From positions 6,696,001 through 6,760,000 of the forward strand of contig CM060734.1 of assembly GCA_030704615.1 (NCBI GenBank): a stretch of 64,000 nt of DNA, given 5' to 3'. The stretch is from Takakia lepidozioides (lineage: Eukaryota > Plantae > Bryophyta). This document shows, one piece after another, positions 1 to 11,795 of the stretch (the stretch's first letter is position 1; the number at the start of each line of letters is the position of its first letter). The position numbers and the translations under genes were made by a program. The notes beneath the pieces are model-generated. The model saw only the letters and a program-made list of their open reading frames with translations. It was not told the DNA's origin and searched no databases.

Positions 1-116
1 AGGTGCCGTGAGCCACTGGGATATGACCCTTAAATTGCAACAGGTGCCCACCCGTGTCACTATTAGAATTAGTACTAGAGCCTTATAGTGTCACGTAGGG
101 GAGGTGCACGTTGTGA

Positions 117-1470
117 GTGTCATCACGGAGTTACCCAAGGGTTTTCAGTACGGCTACAGGCAGTAGCAGTGAGAGTGGGTTCACAAGACGAGGTATTCGG
201 TTCAGACCACCTTCACCTCCACCCTCGACTACTGTAGAGTCTGACACAGACCCGGAGGCTTCATCAACAGGTGTGCAGTTTTCTTCGCCATTATTGTGGG
301 ACGACATGGAGGAAATGTATGGAGCTACCAAGGGGCCTCGTAGGTACTCTGGAGCTGTGGGCACAATCGAGCTGGATGACTTTATCTAGGAGTTCGACAG
401 CTGGTGTGATTTGCAGTAGATGCGCAATCCACAGCTGTTCACCCCATTCATGGCGTGGAAGGGATTGTTCCAGCATTTGGAAGGCCCGCCTATAGACGAT
501 TACCACGAGTTTAGGCGAGGACATGAAGCAGAGATTGAGGAGTGGAGGATGTATTGGTCACCTGACTACGTCTCCATTACTCGAGGCACAATGTGACCAG
601 TAGCGGCATCAGCACCAATATCTCCCACGGCCAGCACTAGTAGTGGAACAAGTAGTGCCGGTACTTCTGCAGAAGGTGCTACTACTCCTCCTGCCACGAC
701 TACAACACATGTGCCTAGATTCAGCCCGGTGGTGGAGTTCTTCCAGGAGTTGCGGAGGAACTACCAAGGCGTACGGACAGAGAAGCTGCGAAGTTTGCAA
801 GACTTCCAGTGCAAATCCAGTGAGAGCTTGCGAGAGGCCTACACTCATATGAGGCGCTTGATAAGTGTGACCCAAGGGGTTACTGAAGCTCAGGCAGTCC
901 AGTTCTAGTATGGAATTTTGGACAAGGAGCTCAGGAGAAGGGTGCGGGATGCAACCCTGTTACAAGCGGCCCAACCCACATTAGCAGATGTGTTTCTGCT
1001 GGCTGAGCGGATTGAGCTCAACATGGTGGAGGAGCGAGTTGTTACCATTGGATTTGGCAAGGACATGCCTGCACGAGGCGCAGCTGCCAGCCAACAGGTA
1101 TAAGGGACTGCCCAATAGCGTGGTCAGGGGGGCAAGGTTGCCCAACCCAAATTCCATGGAGCTTACAGGGGACCTCAGGTGCAGAGGCCAGTAGCTTCTT
1201 TTGCAGGCCAACAGCAACCAGGGGTGGTATGTTGGACATGTGGAGGACCCCATGTCAAGAAAGATTGCCCAGAAAGTGACAAAGGGCTGGCACAAGCACA
1301 ACTTGCACAATTGCAGTGTGGGCATTGTGGCAAGTATGGGCATGGAGATGCCCAGTGTTATGACTTGCACCCTGAGTTGCGGCGAGGCCAGTTCTAAGGG
1401 AACAATGGTGGCCGAGGGCAAGGTGGAGCACCTCAGAGAGGACGAGGTGCAGGACGAGGGCAAGCACTGC
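117..1470 (+). pseudogene. gag: Gag (retrotransposon capsid plus two CCHC zinc knuckles)
   Basis: Translated fragments LRSLQDFQ.KSSESLREAY..MRRL and knuckles CWTCGGPHVKKDC and CGHCGKYGHGDAQC; in-frame stops at e.g. 387, 906, 1101, 1116. Confidence 0.85.
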
Positions 1471-1475
1471 CAAAG

Positions 1476-2160
1476 GTGATCGGTCATCGTGTCTCACACG
1501 CTGAGACTGCCTCCCTATGTCCAAAATGTTATCCACCGTTAGGTTTGGTGGCCGCTGCACCCCATCAAATGCACGCTTGAGCAATGCAGGTGGCATCAAG
1601 TTGGTCCACCATAGTCGTGGGCGATGAGCCCGTGACCCCACTGCAGCTGCATCCAGCAACACTGCTGACCCAAGCCAAGACCGCACTTGATGTACACTGG
1701 CCATCACCTTGGCCCGAGAATCACCCATCAATGGCACATTCTCCAAGATACATGCCGGAGAGTCTGTCTGTTGAAGCTGTAAATAGCGCAGGACCCTCAA
1801 CATCTCCCAAAACAGGCGTGACCTTGAGTCTTGTAACCCATTGCCATACCCAGTTGATGAAAGCCCTTGGCAGGGCCAACCTGCCACTACTAAGTGAATA
1901 GGGCCAACCCGCTCCAATACATGCGCCCCCAGCAAGGAGATGTCTGCTAGCAAGGCTTGTTGGTATCCATGAACTGCAGACACTGGCAACAAATCAGGGT
2001 ACTGCTGCACCAATTGAGCAACATGGTGCAGTGTGACACGTCGTGCAGTCTCATCCCTCTCCACATATAGGTAACATCAAACTCGTACACTTGCCTGCAA
2101 CACTGCAGCCAATCCAATGCTAATCCCGCCAAACAAGTCCAGAAGGCATATGCCTTCATC
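1476..2160 (-). pseudogene. DNMT3-like C5-cytosine methyltransferase domain, motifs I-VIII (inverted segment)
   Basis: ICLLDLFGGISIGL (motif I), YVERD (II), GPIHLVVAGWPCQGLS (IV, catalytic PC), ILENV (VI), AHRPRLWWTNL (VIII). Confidence 0.9.
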
Positions 2161-2559
2161 CGGGCACTGCCACACAAGAGGTGTGGTGTCCAATGGCGAC
2201 AACTGAGGTGGTCCTGGTGCAATCACCGCACTCTCCTCCTCTCCTGACGGTACAAAGGCCTCTACCCAGGCTTGCTGCACCCGTCTATCAGCAGCCTGCT
2301 GCAAATCCTTGCTCGTACCCCACAATGGAGTATGAGCAACCATGGCAGGCAACTCCGCCGTACCATGCATGTCATCTTGCTCTGCTAGAGGTGGCACATC
2401 CTCTGCATGGGCATTGCCCTCCAGCAACTCTCCAGGCCAACTAACTGCAGCTGTGAAGGCTGCTAGTGTTGGCATCTTGCCCCGTTGGGCAGCAGCAACA
2501 CCCCCAATGAATATCACAGAGAGCTGTACATGACGACCATCCTGTGACAACCATCCAGG

Positions 2560-2900
2560 CCTGTAGGATGCTGACTCCTCCCAAAAATCCAGGGTGAAGC
2601 CATGGGATAGAACACTGCCCCACCAATGAGGACATCGTAAGAGACCGCATCTGTCACAATGGCCTTGGCTTGCATCACTGAGCCATCTATAGGATGATCC
2701 GGCTATAGTCTAATGGCCAACTCACGCCGTGTCATGCCCCGAGCCTGCTCTGATCCTCCCAGAGATATCTGTATCTGGAAGGGACAAGGCTCTATATCCA
2801 CCTCCATGAGGCCCAAACCTGCAATAGCGGCTTTGCCCAACATCAGTGGCTGAGCTCCTGAGTCCAACAAGACCCGCAGTGGCCGGTACCTCTTGCCTGC
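2560..2900 (-). pseudogene. Retroviral-type aspartic protease
   Basis: RVLLDSGAQPLMLG catalytic motif in ORF 2703..3338; a downstream YDVLIG-like motif closes the domain. Confidence 0.85.
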
Positions 2901-3345
2901 CGGTCCACTCAAAGAGAAAATGCCATCCTGGTTGTCTAACAAGACAACTCCAGGTGTCACCATGGCGCGCTCAAAGGCTGGCCTAGCTGGCAGCTCCGTC
3001 AACCTGGCAGCTTGCCATGGAGCAGCCGTGGCAGTCTTGACCCTCAAATCCGAGGATCCCTCTGCCACTACACCTTCCACTAACTCCGCAGAAGATGAAG
3101 TGACCTCCCCACTCTCACAGAGTGTTGCTGCTAGTCTGAACACTGCAGCTGGTCTTACCCCCGGCGTCGCAATCATGGTTGCCGAGAACAGTGGGGCCTG
3201 ACACACAGAGGTGGCCGCCCCCAACAACACACTGGCTGCACTAACATTGGCAGCAGGTGTCAGTGTTGCACATGTAGCTCTTCCCAATGGCACAATAACC
3301 TCCGCCTCGGTATCCGTGGGGCGAGAATTAGGTGCCATGGATGTC

Positions 3346-3620
3346 GTGGGTCACCCACGAGCAACATTTCCTACACTGCTCAACTTTCCAGGATCTCATG
3401 CTTTCCGGGATGGTGGACCTGGCCTCTTGTGGGATAGCCAGTTGCAGCCGTTAAGTGGAGCCCAATTCTGATGAGCGCGAGCGGGCAATGGGTTTTATCA
3501 CTGGTACCACGGCGGTGCTATCTCTTTCTAAGGCATCACGTTGTCAGGTGTTGGGGCAAGCCATGGATCTCAATTGCTTTGACCTGGATTATCAGCTTGG
3601 CTATGGCTCAGCAGCGCAGA
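3346..3620 (+). pseudogene. C5-MTase C-terminal half (TRD, motifs IX-X)
   Basis: EPNSDERERAMGF (IX) and SRCQVLGQAMDLNC (X), comparable to DNMT3 EMERVFGF...RQRLLGRSW. Confidence 0.8.
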
Positions 3621-4028
3621 GTATGCAGTACACTTCCCTTGATAGTCTCTCTTCCTACCGAGACGGTACAGGCAGCAAGTGGGGGTGAACAGGTGAGGAC
3701 CACGAGGTGCAGGCCGAATCCATGGCACACGTGGGAGGTGCTTGAGGTTCAGAAGGAGTTGGCAGCCAAGGCGGCGGTGATGGATGAGGTTGGGGATTTT
3801 TCTCGAGTTGAGGAGGTCCTTAAGGATGGGATGATGAGGCAGGATGAGACATTGTCACTGACAGAGCAGGCAGTGGTCACTGCTCAAGAGGTTGCAGCAT
3901 AGCAACCACGAGACGCGTCTTCTACCTCTAAGCCTGCTGGACTCAAGGTTGCAGTCACGGAGGACAACTGGGAGCCTGATGTTGGACCCATAGTCACCGA
4001 AGGAGAGAGACGACGTATACGGCGGTTC

Positions 4029-4901
4029 TTGAGGGCTTCCAAGAACTGCTTTGCCTTCAGTTTGAAGGACTTGGGAGCACTGAAGGGTCAAGAGATTCGC
4101 ATTAAATTGGCCACTGACACGTCAATCTTTCGGAGATCCTATAGATACAGTGACATGGAGAGGTCCTTGATTCAGATGAGGACTCAGGACCTCTGGGAGG
4201 CTGGTTTGGTGGAGCTATCTGGTGGAGAGTATGCTTCAGCCACAGTGATGCCAGCCAAGAAGGATGTCTATGGCAATTGGACGGAGAGACGCATGTGCGG
4301 TGATTACCGGCCTGTAAATCGTCAGACCAAGTCCGATAGGTATGCCATGCCAACACCAGAGGAGATCTTTGATGCCATTGGGCATGCCAAGGTCTTTAGC
4401 ACTTTGGATTTACGATCCGGATATCACCAGTTGCCGATCAAGGAGGCGGATAAGCAGAAGACGGCATTCTAGGGGATCAATGAGCACGGGAAGGATTGCC
4501 TATACCAGTGGCGGTTCTTACCATTTGGGCTTAAGAATGCTCCTGCAGAGTTTCAGAGAGTCATGGACAGGATTCTAGCAGGGGTGGAGTTTGCTCGGTG
4601 CTACATAGATGACATCATCATCTTTAGTGCTACGGTGGAGGAGCATGAGAGACACCTTCAGGTGGTATTTGAGCGCTTGAGGGCGCACGGATTGAAGTTA
4701 CATCCGGGGAAGTGCAAGTTTTTCCACAACCAAATTGAGTATCTGGGTCACATGATATATCCTGGAGGATTGGGGGTACAACAGACTAAGGTAGAGGCCA
4801 TTGCACAGATTCCACGCCCCACGGATGTGAGCCGAGTTCGAGCTTTCATGGGGTTGGCAAATTATTATAGACGGTTTGTCTAACCAAGCTGACCAAGGTG
4901 G
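4029..4901 (+). pseudogene. pol: Gypsy reverse transcriptase
   Basis: RMCGDYRPVN, FSTLDLRSGYHQ, LPFGLKNAP, YIDDIIIFS; stop at 4470; truncated at 4901. Confidence 0.95.
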
Positions 4902-4913
4902 TCCTTTGCAAGG

Positions 4914-5255
4914 ATGTCGTGCTTCCGCAACTGGGACGACTGCCCTTATGGAGGCTTTGATTATGCAATGTATTCGGCCACATCGGGAGACATCGTTATC
5001 TGGCACACAGTTTACACAGAAGATAGTGGGGCGAATGTGGAAACATTGTCAGCTTTTGAGTATATCCCAAGCCACTACGCCTTCGAGCGGGGTGACGATC
5101 TTGGTCTGAGGAGTCCGTGGCTCCTGCACATCCTTGATTCCGATTTTCCCAGCTACGACAGGCACCCATGCAGAAGAATGCGCACTGCTATGCTGTTGCG
5201 GTGGAACTGCTGCCAGTGGACGTGGGTGGAGTCCATCGGAGAGACGTATACTCCT
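4914..5255 (+). pseudogene. Truncated member of the unknown 188-aa protein family
   Basis: MSCFRNWDDCPYGGFDYAMY...GDIVIW...RWNCCQWT aligns to 16754..17320; cut at 5256 by the terminal repeat of the Gypsy element. Confidence 0.8.
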
Positions 5256-5340
5256 TGTCGTGCGCATATGTATCGCTACACAACTACATCGCTGTCCAAA
5301 CCACACCACACATATATGCACAATAAAGTAGTCTGCCACA
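5256..5340. repeat. 85-bp TG..CA direct repeat A1 (LTR-like unit)
   Basis: tgtcgtgcg...ctgccaca, near-identical to 5702-5786. Confidence 0.85.
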
Positions 5341-5372
5341 ATGATATGAAAAAACTAAACTCAGACTGTCTC

Positions 5373-5699
5373 TGTTGACACAAAACACGAAATACAATAC
5401 AATCACTCGTTAAAATAAGAGTCGAGCCAGGGGCACCCCAAGCTATGGGGACTCCACCCCACAACATCCTACTCTCCCTCCATAAGTACACTCAGATGCT
5501 AAGCAGCGAGGGAGCTCGGTCGTGCAGGCTCAACTCGAGAGAGATGAGCCGCACGACTGACAAGCTCGTGAAGATAAGATGGTTCAGGTGTCAAGCTAAA
5601 CTTGACACCTGACTTAACACTTGAACTAATTCCAAGTGTTAAATACAAATAACTAGATTTATTCTAGTTAGTTTCACACTATGTTTATTTAACTTGACA
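5373..5699 (-). repeat. 327-bp LTR (unit B) associated with the MTase-Gypsy family
   Basis: TGTTGACA...TTGACA, near-identical to 60990-61316; lies 3' of INT-PHD in element orientation. Confidence 0.8.
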
Positions 5700-5701
5700 G
5701 C

Positions 5702-5786
5702 TGTCGTGCGTATACGTATCGCTACACAACTACATCGCTGTCCAAACCACACCACACATATATGCACAATAAAGTAGTCTGCCACA
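5702..5786. repeat. 85-bp TG..CA direct repeat A2, preceded on the minus strand by a polypurine tract
   Basis: Minus strand reads gctaggggggcgat|TGTGGCAG..., i.e. PPT then TG. Confidence 0.85.
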
Positions 5787-6043
5787 ATCGCCCCCCTAGC
5801 TGGTGGTTAGGTCCCTCTAACTCCAGATAGCTACAAGATGTAATAGCCACAGCCGTACTAAGTCCTCTATCACTGTCCCTATTGTACTCAAACTCTATAG
5901 ACCAAGAGGCCGGGTACAAGAGCAACCCCATCGTTAGTCGCCGTCTTGCAATCTGTGAACTTGAGTCAGGATCTCGTGTGTTGGTCTCTTAGTAGCTTGG
6001 CCTTGCATTTCTTGTTAACCTTCCATGGTTGTATCCACTCCCA

Positions 6044-8148
6044 CTATCCAATGCAATGCGGACATAACCAATCCCCATCAGGAACCATCTCAAGAGGTGG
6101 AATCAAGCATCCCATATGCCAACCTCTAGAGCATTGATCACACACCAGCATGGTGGCTACCCCTCTAGCAGACCCACACAACATGCACCTCAAACTTGCA
6201 GGTACCACTACCAGGTTTGGGTCAACCCTTCCATCAACATTTGGAAGGTGACATGGCGCGCAATTATGCACATGGTCCTTCCAAATCATGCCATCCCGAC
6301 CCTCCAAGATCAGGACTCCTGAGGGCAACACCTCTCGAACCCTCAAAATAGTACGTCCTGCAGTTACATCCAAGGTCGTAGGAGCAGTCTGCTACAGATA
6401 AACATAGTCACCAGGGTTAAATCTCTGAACCCCAGGACGATAGCCCCCACCACGTATGATAGCATACCTCAACGTATCACGATGTTGTGCAATGGCAAGG
6501 TTCTCGAAAGTCATGGGCATGACTTTCTTGAACAACTCTGCACGCTGATCACATGCACGTGCCCACATATCCGGATCATCAAGGTTGAGAACTGTAGCAG
6601 CTTCTCTATGAATGGATGCAGGAAAATCCGGCTCTCGGCCAAAGAGAAGAAAATATGGTGAGAAGGAGGCAAGTGATGCTTGCTTGCTAAACCTGTAGCC
6701 CATGGCTAACCAAGGTAACTGAAGGTCCCAATCTCCTAGGTGTCCCTTCTGCAAGCCATACTTGCGCAAACCCCTCTTCACTGTCTGAACAACCCTCTCT
6801 GCCAAGCCATCGGCCTCAGGATGATCCCGAGAAGTGGTGCGGTGGTCTACCAAGGCCTTGTCACACAACGCCTGAAACTCCCCCAAGAACTCTCTCCCTT
6901 GGTCCATGAGTACCTCAGCTGGAGCACCGAATCGGCTAAGTACACAATCCAAGAATGCATACGCAGCTCCCTCACTAGCCTTATCAGGCAATGGAACCAA
7001 TTCAATCCACTTGGAGAAGTGCTCCACCATCACCAACACGTACTTGTTGTGGCGCATGGTCAGTGGCAACGGCCCTGCGAAGTCAAGACTCCACCTGTAG
7101 CCCAATCCCATGATCGGAAGAGGGTGCAATTGTGGAGTAGGGGCATTGAATGAAGCACGCACCCTGTCACACACCATGCACTTAGCCACAAATTGTTGCA
7201 CCTCTGTGTGCATACCACGCCACCAATACTGCCCCTGTAGTAGACTATGAGTGCGTCGCACCCCAAAATGCCCCAAGTCCTCATGGGCATGCCGCACTAA
7301 CTGTGCCCGTTGGGTTGGGTGAGGCACGATCCTCACTCGACCATCTTCCCACACTCGGAGCAGGTGTGTCCCCTCCCACTTGAACCTCTTGGCTCGTTGT
7401 AGGATCCGATCCCTCTCCTTGGCAGTCACAGTGGCTGCCGTGCCCCCAGTGCGGAGATAGTCCAACACAGCTAAATCCTCATGTATATCTTTGGCGCCAC
7501 CTTGCTCATTGTTGGCCTCAGGGTCCTCAAACACTCGGTTAACAGTCATCCATGTTGTAGGTCCAACCTGGCCTTCCGCTGCCAAGATACACAGAAATGC
7601 AGATGTATGCCATCCGGGCACCATCTCCTCGTCCGTCTCACCATGCCACCGAGCTCTAGTGTCATCCTGCTGGCTCGTGCATGGATTGCGACTCAACCCA
7701 TCCGCATCCCGATTGACCAAACCCGGTCAATGTACAACCTGAAAGTCATACTCTTGAAGTATGAGTGCCCACCGTGCAAGCTTCCCCGTAAGCTTGTCTG
7801 ACTCCATCAACCATTTGAGTGGCTGGTGATCCGTGGCAAGGGTGGAGAGATTGCCATATAGATAGCACCTGAAGTGTGTCATGGCCCACACTGCAGCTAA
7901 GCACTCTCCCTCATATGAGCTATACTTAGCCTCTGCAGCGTTGTTTGAGCGACTGGCATAAACCACTACGAACTCTCTTCCCTCAACATCCACCTGTGTG
8001 AGCACCGTTCCAAGCCCCAGCATGCTCCAATCTGTATGCAGCTGAAAAAGACGCCCCCTGATAGGTCGTCTCAAGATGGGCGTCGAGGTCAACCTCGCCT
8101 TGAGCTCTTGGAAAGCCCATTCTTGCTCATCTTCCCACTGCCACTCCT
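6044..8148 (-). pseudogene. pol: RNase H - integrase - C-terminal PHD finger
   Basis: LHTDWS..YASR..YSSYEGECLA (RNH); HEDLGHFG..CMVC (HHCC); WSLDFAG, MDQGREF, DGLAER (DDE); CMLC-x11-CDQC-x4-HMGC-x14-CPHC (PHD). ORFs 7727..8254, 6392..7720 and 6044..6373 are in one frame, separated by single stops. Confidence 0.92.
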
Positions 8149-8239
8149 GAGGACGTGTTTGATGCCGATGACAATGACCTTGCAGACAACAACGAAGCCC
8201 TTTGATTTTTGAAATGATGAGAAGCGGAAGAGCAGTGCG

Positions 8240-8966
8240 TGTCGCGCACCTCACTTCGGTAAGCTCCCCTTCAAGTCATAGTTGCTAGCTTGATGCGCGC
8301 GCCTAACTCCCAACCTGGCCACCAGACCAACTTGGAGCTTCGGCTGCTCAACGGGGCATAACAGTCCCCCTTTGATCTCCCAAAGAACCCTCCACCGATT
8401 TGGAACCAGCGGGAATTCCCTTTGGTAGTTGGCAGTCCGGAACAGCTCCCCACTCTTTGGTCACTTTCCGGCTCGCTCGCTTACTCACTAGTTTTTGGTC
8501 ACCAACGGGCTTGCACCGTTCTCGGGGTTACTACTCCCTATATATACTTCTGTAGCTGTCCGCGGGGGTTTCACAACCAGCCATGCCATTTTATGGCGAA
8601 CCACCACGAAAACCCTCGACTCCCGGTGATGAGTCGCGGTGAGTCTTGGCCCACTCACCACGGCCCCTATGGACCGTGATGAGTCCCAAGACTCCCCACG
8701 ACTCCCACCACGAGGTCTCCGCCCCCATGGTGAGTCCTATGCCACCCCCACTAAGTCCCGCTAAGCTACCACCACCCCTTGTGGAGCCACCCCCACCGCA
8801 ACCCGGTGTGCGGGGCTCCACCTAGTGAGCGCCTCCGCCTCCTTGAGTGCCTTGGGCACTCAAGGGTGCTTCAGCCCCCCCATACCTATCGCTGCCACTG
8901 CCCCCACCACAGGGGCAGCCCCTTATGTGTCCCGACCCCCTGCCCTCAAGGCAAAGGGCCGCGACA
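8240..8966 (-). repeat. 3' LTR of chromovirus
   Basis: Matches 15557-16283 with roughly a dozen substitutions by eye; purine-rich ggtaggggtgtg tract immediately upstream on the minus strand. Confidence 0.97.
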
Positions 8967-9864
8967 CACACCCCTACCAACAGGGAGTCGATGTCCTCAT
9001 CGACTTGTCCATTTTGTAGAAACGAACATCCAAGTTGTGGCGTCCCACATCAAGGAGTTTGTTTCCATACCATGGCGTCCCATGGCAAAGAACCAAACCC
9101 CACACTTGACTCTACTCTCCACTAGCTAGTTCGGCCGACTTCCTCCAAGACCCGGCCAGGGGTGGAGCCTCTCAAGCTCCTCCCAGTGCACTCTTCTTCA
9201 AGGTCAAGGAACGATCCTCCCCGAGGATTGAATCGCCTTACTGCAACAACATTGCTTGCGATCGCTCCTGATGCCGCTTTTGGCATCACCTTTGCGCAAG
9301 GGTTCACCTCGAACCCCCTTTGACTAGGAAGATAACCTTGAACCAACCGTGCGCCCCAATCACTACAATTGGGTCCGCCTTGGAATACAGGCCTGAGGTA
9401 CGGGAACACGTCGAAGCCGCACTACGACTTCGTCCCGAGGCTACACGATTATAGTACGTGAACGGAAGCACATAGCTTCCGCGTTAGCCCGCACTACAAG
9501 GCAACCACCTCGGTAGCGCAGTTATAGTACGCGCACGCGCCAGGTGCGCACTAGCACGTGAACTCCCAAAGAAGGTGCATGTTTCCTTGCCCCTTGGATG
9601 GGAGTCACCCGATTTCGGTACTACGCAAACACACGATTAACCCAATTTACCTCTCCCACTTTTGTAAGCTAGCATGCATTCTACACACTAGCCAACCACA
9701 CCATGCATCACCATTCCAAACAAAATAGGACACACAACATTTGGAACCCATTTCTTTTATAACAAATTTTTGTACAATACAAGTTTTTGCAATCGGATTC
9801 CTGAGCTAGCTAAGCCAAGCTAAGCATGCATTTCCTCCCCCACGCTCCAAGGTTGATGTCCCCA

Positions 9865-11795
9865 TCAACGCTTCTTCCGCTTTTGAGGTCGCCCTTCGAA
9901 AACTGCAACCGCCTCAGATGTGTTTCCCATTTCTGAGGCGCGCACCCAAGATGCCTCCACATGATGATAGCCCTTCCATTTGACGAGATACTCCGTTTCT
10001 CGGTTCTTGAACCTCCTTGACTTAAGTACTGCCTCCACCTCGTACTCAGGTTCATTTTCATGATCCAACAGCACAGGTGGCGGACGCAACACTTGATGTC
10101 GATTCGGACGCGCTTCATCTTTGAAGTAAGGCTTCAAAAGGGAGACGTGAAATACTGGATGCACCTTGCTGTTTGCCGGCAGCTCCAATTCATACACATC
10201 CTCATTCATAACCTTCTGGATGCGAAAGGGTCCCGCATACGGAGGTACGAACTTTGGACTCACTTCCGGAGGTAGTCGGAAATTCTTGATGTTCAACCAG
10301 ACCTCCGTGCCTGCCTCAAACTTCACTTCCCTCCGCTTCTGATTCGCCTGCCTTTCATACCGTTTCCTAGCTTTGGCAATGTTATACTTTGCGAGCTTCA
10401 ACAAACGCTCGCGTTCTTCTAGTACCGCCGCTACTGCCGGTTCCTCAACGTCCTGGGCGGCCCAACTTGTCGGCACCAGAGGTGCTTTTCCATAGACCAA
10501 TACAAAAGGGGAAACTCCCGTTGCGGAGTGTTCTGTGTTATTATAACAGAACTCAGCCGCGTCTAAGTGTTCCACCCAGTCTGTTTGGTCTGCCGACACG
10601 TAATTCCGCAAGATCTGCTTCACTACGGAATTCACTCTTTCTGTTTGGCCGTAGGTCGGAAGGCGGTGCTCATCTTCAGCCTCGTCCCCATCTTCTTCCA
10701 AAGTGCCCTCCAAAATTTACTCGTAAACTTTGGATCGCGGTCCGAGACAATATCCTTTGGGACTCCATGATGCTTTAAGACGTGGGCGAAGTAAAGTCGC
10801 CATGTTTCCTGCGCCGTTGCCGTCTCCTTGGTGGGGATGAAATGACCCATTTTACTGAACCTATTCACCACCACCATGATTGCATCGAATCCTTTTGACA
10901 GCGGCATAGCAGTCATGAAATCCATCGAGACGCTTTCCCAAGTCCCCTCTGGAATCGGCAAGGGTTGTAACAGCCCCGCTTGCTTTTTGTACTCGCTCCG
11001 GTTTTGTTGGCATGTGGTGCATGTCTTGACATACTCCTCTGCCTCCTCCCTCAGTTTGGGCCAGAAATACTCTTTCTTCAAGAGTGCCGCAGTGCGCTTG
11101 GCTCCGCCGTGGCCCGCAAGCGGGCTATCATGGCATTCTCTCAAGAGGCTATCTCTGATTCCTCCCTTCGGCACGTAGAGACGCTTTTGCTTATATCGGA
11201 GCAGTCCATTTTGCAAGTGGATCTGCGATTTAACCCCCATCCTCAAGTCCTGCATCACGGACTTCGCCAGCTCATCCTTCCGGCAAGCCTTCCGGATCTT
11301 CCTTTGGAGTGCCGTCTCGCCCTTGTACACCAACAAGAGCTGCTGCTTTCTACTTAAAGCATCGGCTACCACGTTGTCTCGTCTCGGTTTGTACTGGATA
11401 TCCACGTCGAACACTGCCAAAACATCTTGTCACCTAAGTTGTTTTGGGGACAACTTGGGCTGCGTGGCAAAATACTTCACCGTGACATTGTCCGTGAACA
11501 CCTTCACTGGGTTGGAACCAACATAGTGGCGCCAAAGCTCAAGACAGTGCACCACCGCCTTCATCTCTTTCTCGTGCGTCGGCCACCGTCGCTCCACTTC
11601 ATTCAGTTTCTTACTTTCGCCAGTAAGCCACTGGACGTCCATCTTGCATCTTTACACCCCTAATCATGAAGTCCGACGCATCTGTATGTATCTCAAACGG
11701 ACGATCGAACTCCGGGATTTTCAAGACTGGAGCTTCCGCCATCCGCTGCTTCAATTCAGCAAAAGCTTGGCCACACAAGGTGTTCCTACTTTCCA
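9865..11795 (-). pseudogene. pol: RNase H - integrase - chromodomain (frameshifted)
   Basis: IHTDASD; ECHDSPLAGHGG..CTTCQ; SMDF; SDRD; GQTERVN; YAGPF; chromodomain EYEVEAVL..YLVKWKGY..ASWV. Confidence 0.93.

Larger units (their letters stand above)
117..8148. mobile_element. Ty3/Gypsy LTR retrotransposon encoding a C5-DNA methyltransferase and an integrase-terminal PHD finger, copy 1 (degenerate, two internal inversions)
   Basis: Gag (+,117-1470), protease and MTase N-half (-,1466-3347), MTase C-half and RT (+,3346-4901), RNaseH-INT-PHD (-,6044-8148). Shared segments align at high identity to the collinear copy at 52470-58567. Confidence 0.9.

Noticed and set aside
5256-5786. DIRS/Ngaro split direct repeats
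   Set aside because: The element has a DDE integrase and a protease and no tyrosine recombinase.
8271-9409. ORFs within and near the chromovirus LTR
   Set aside because: GC-rich LTR sequence with no domain similarity; most are duplicated simply because the LTRs are.
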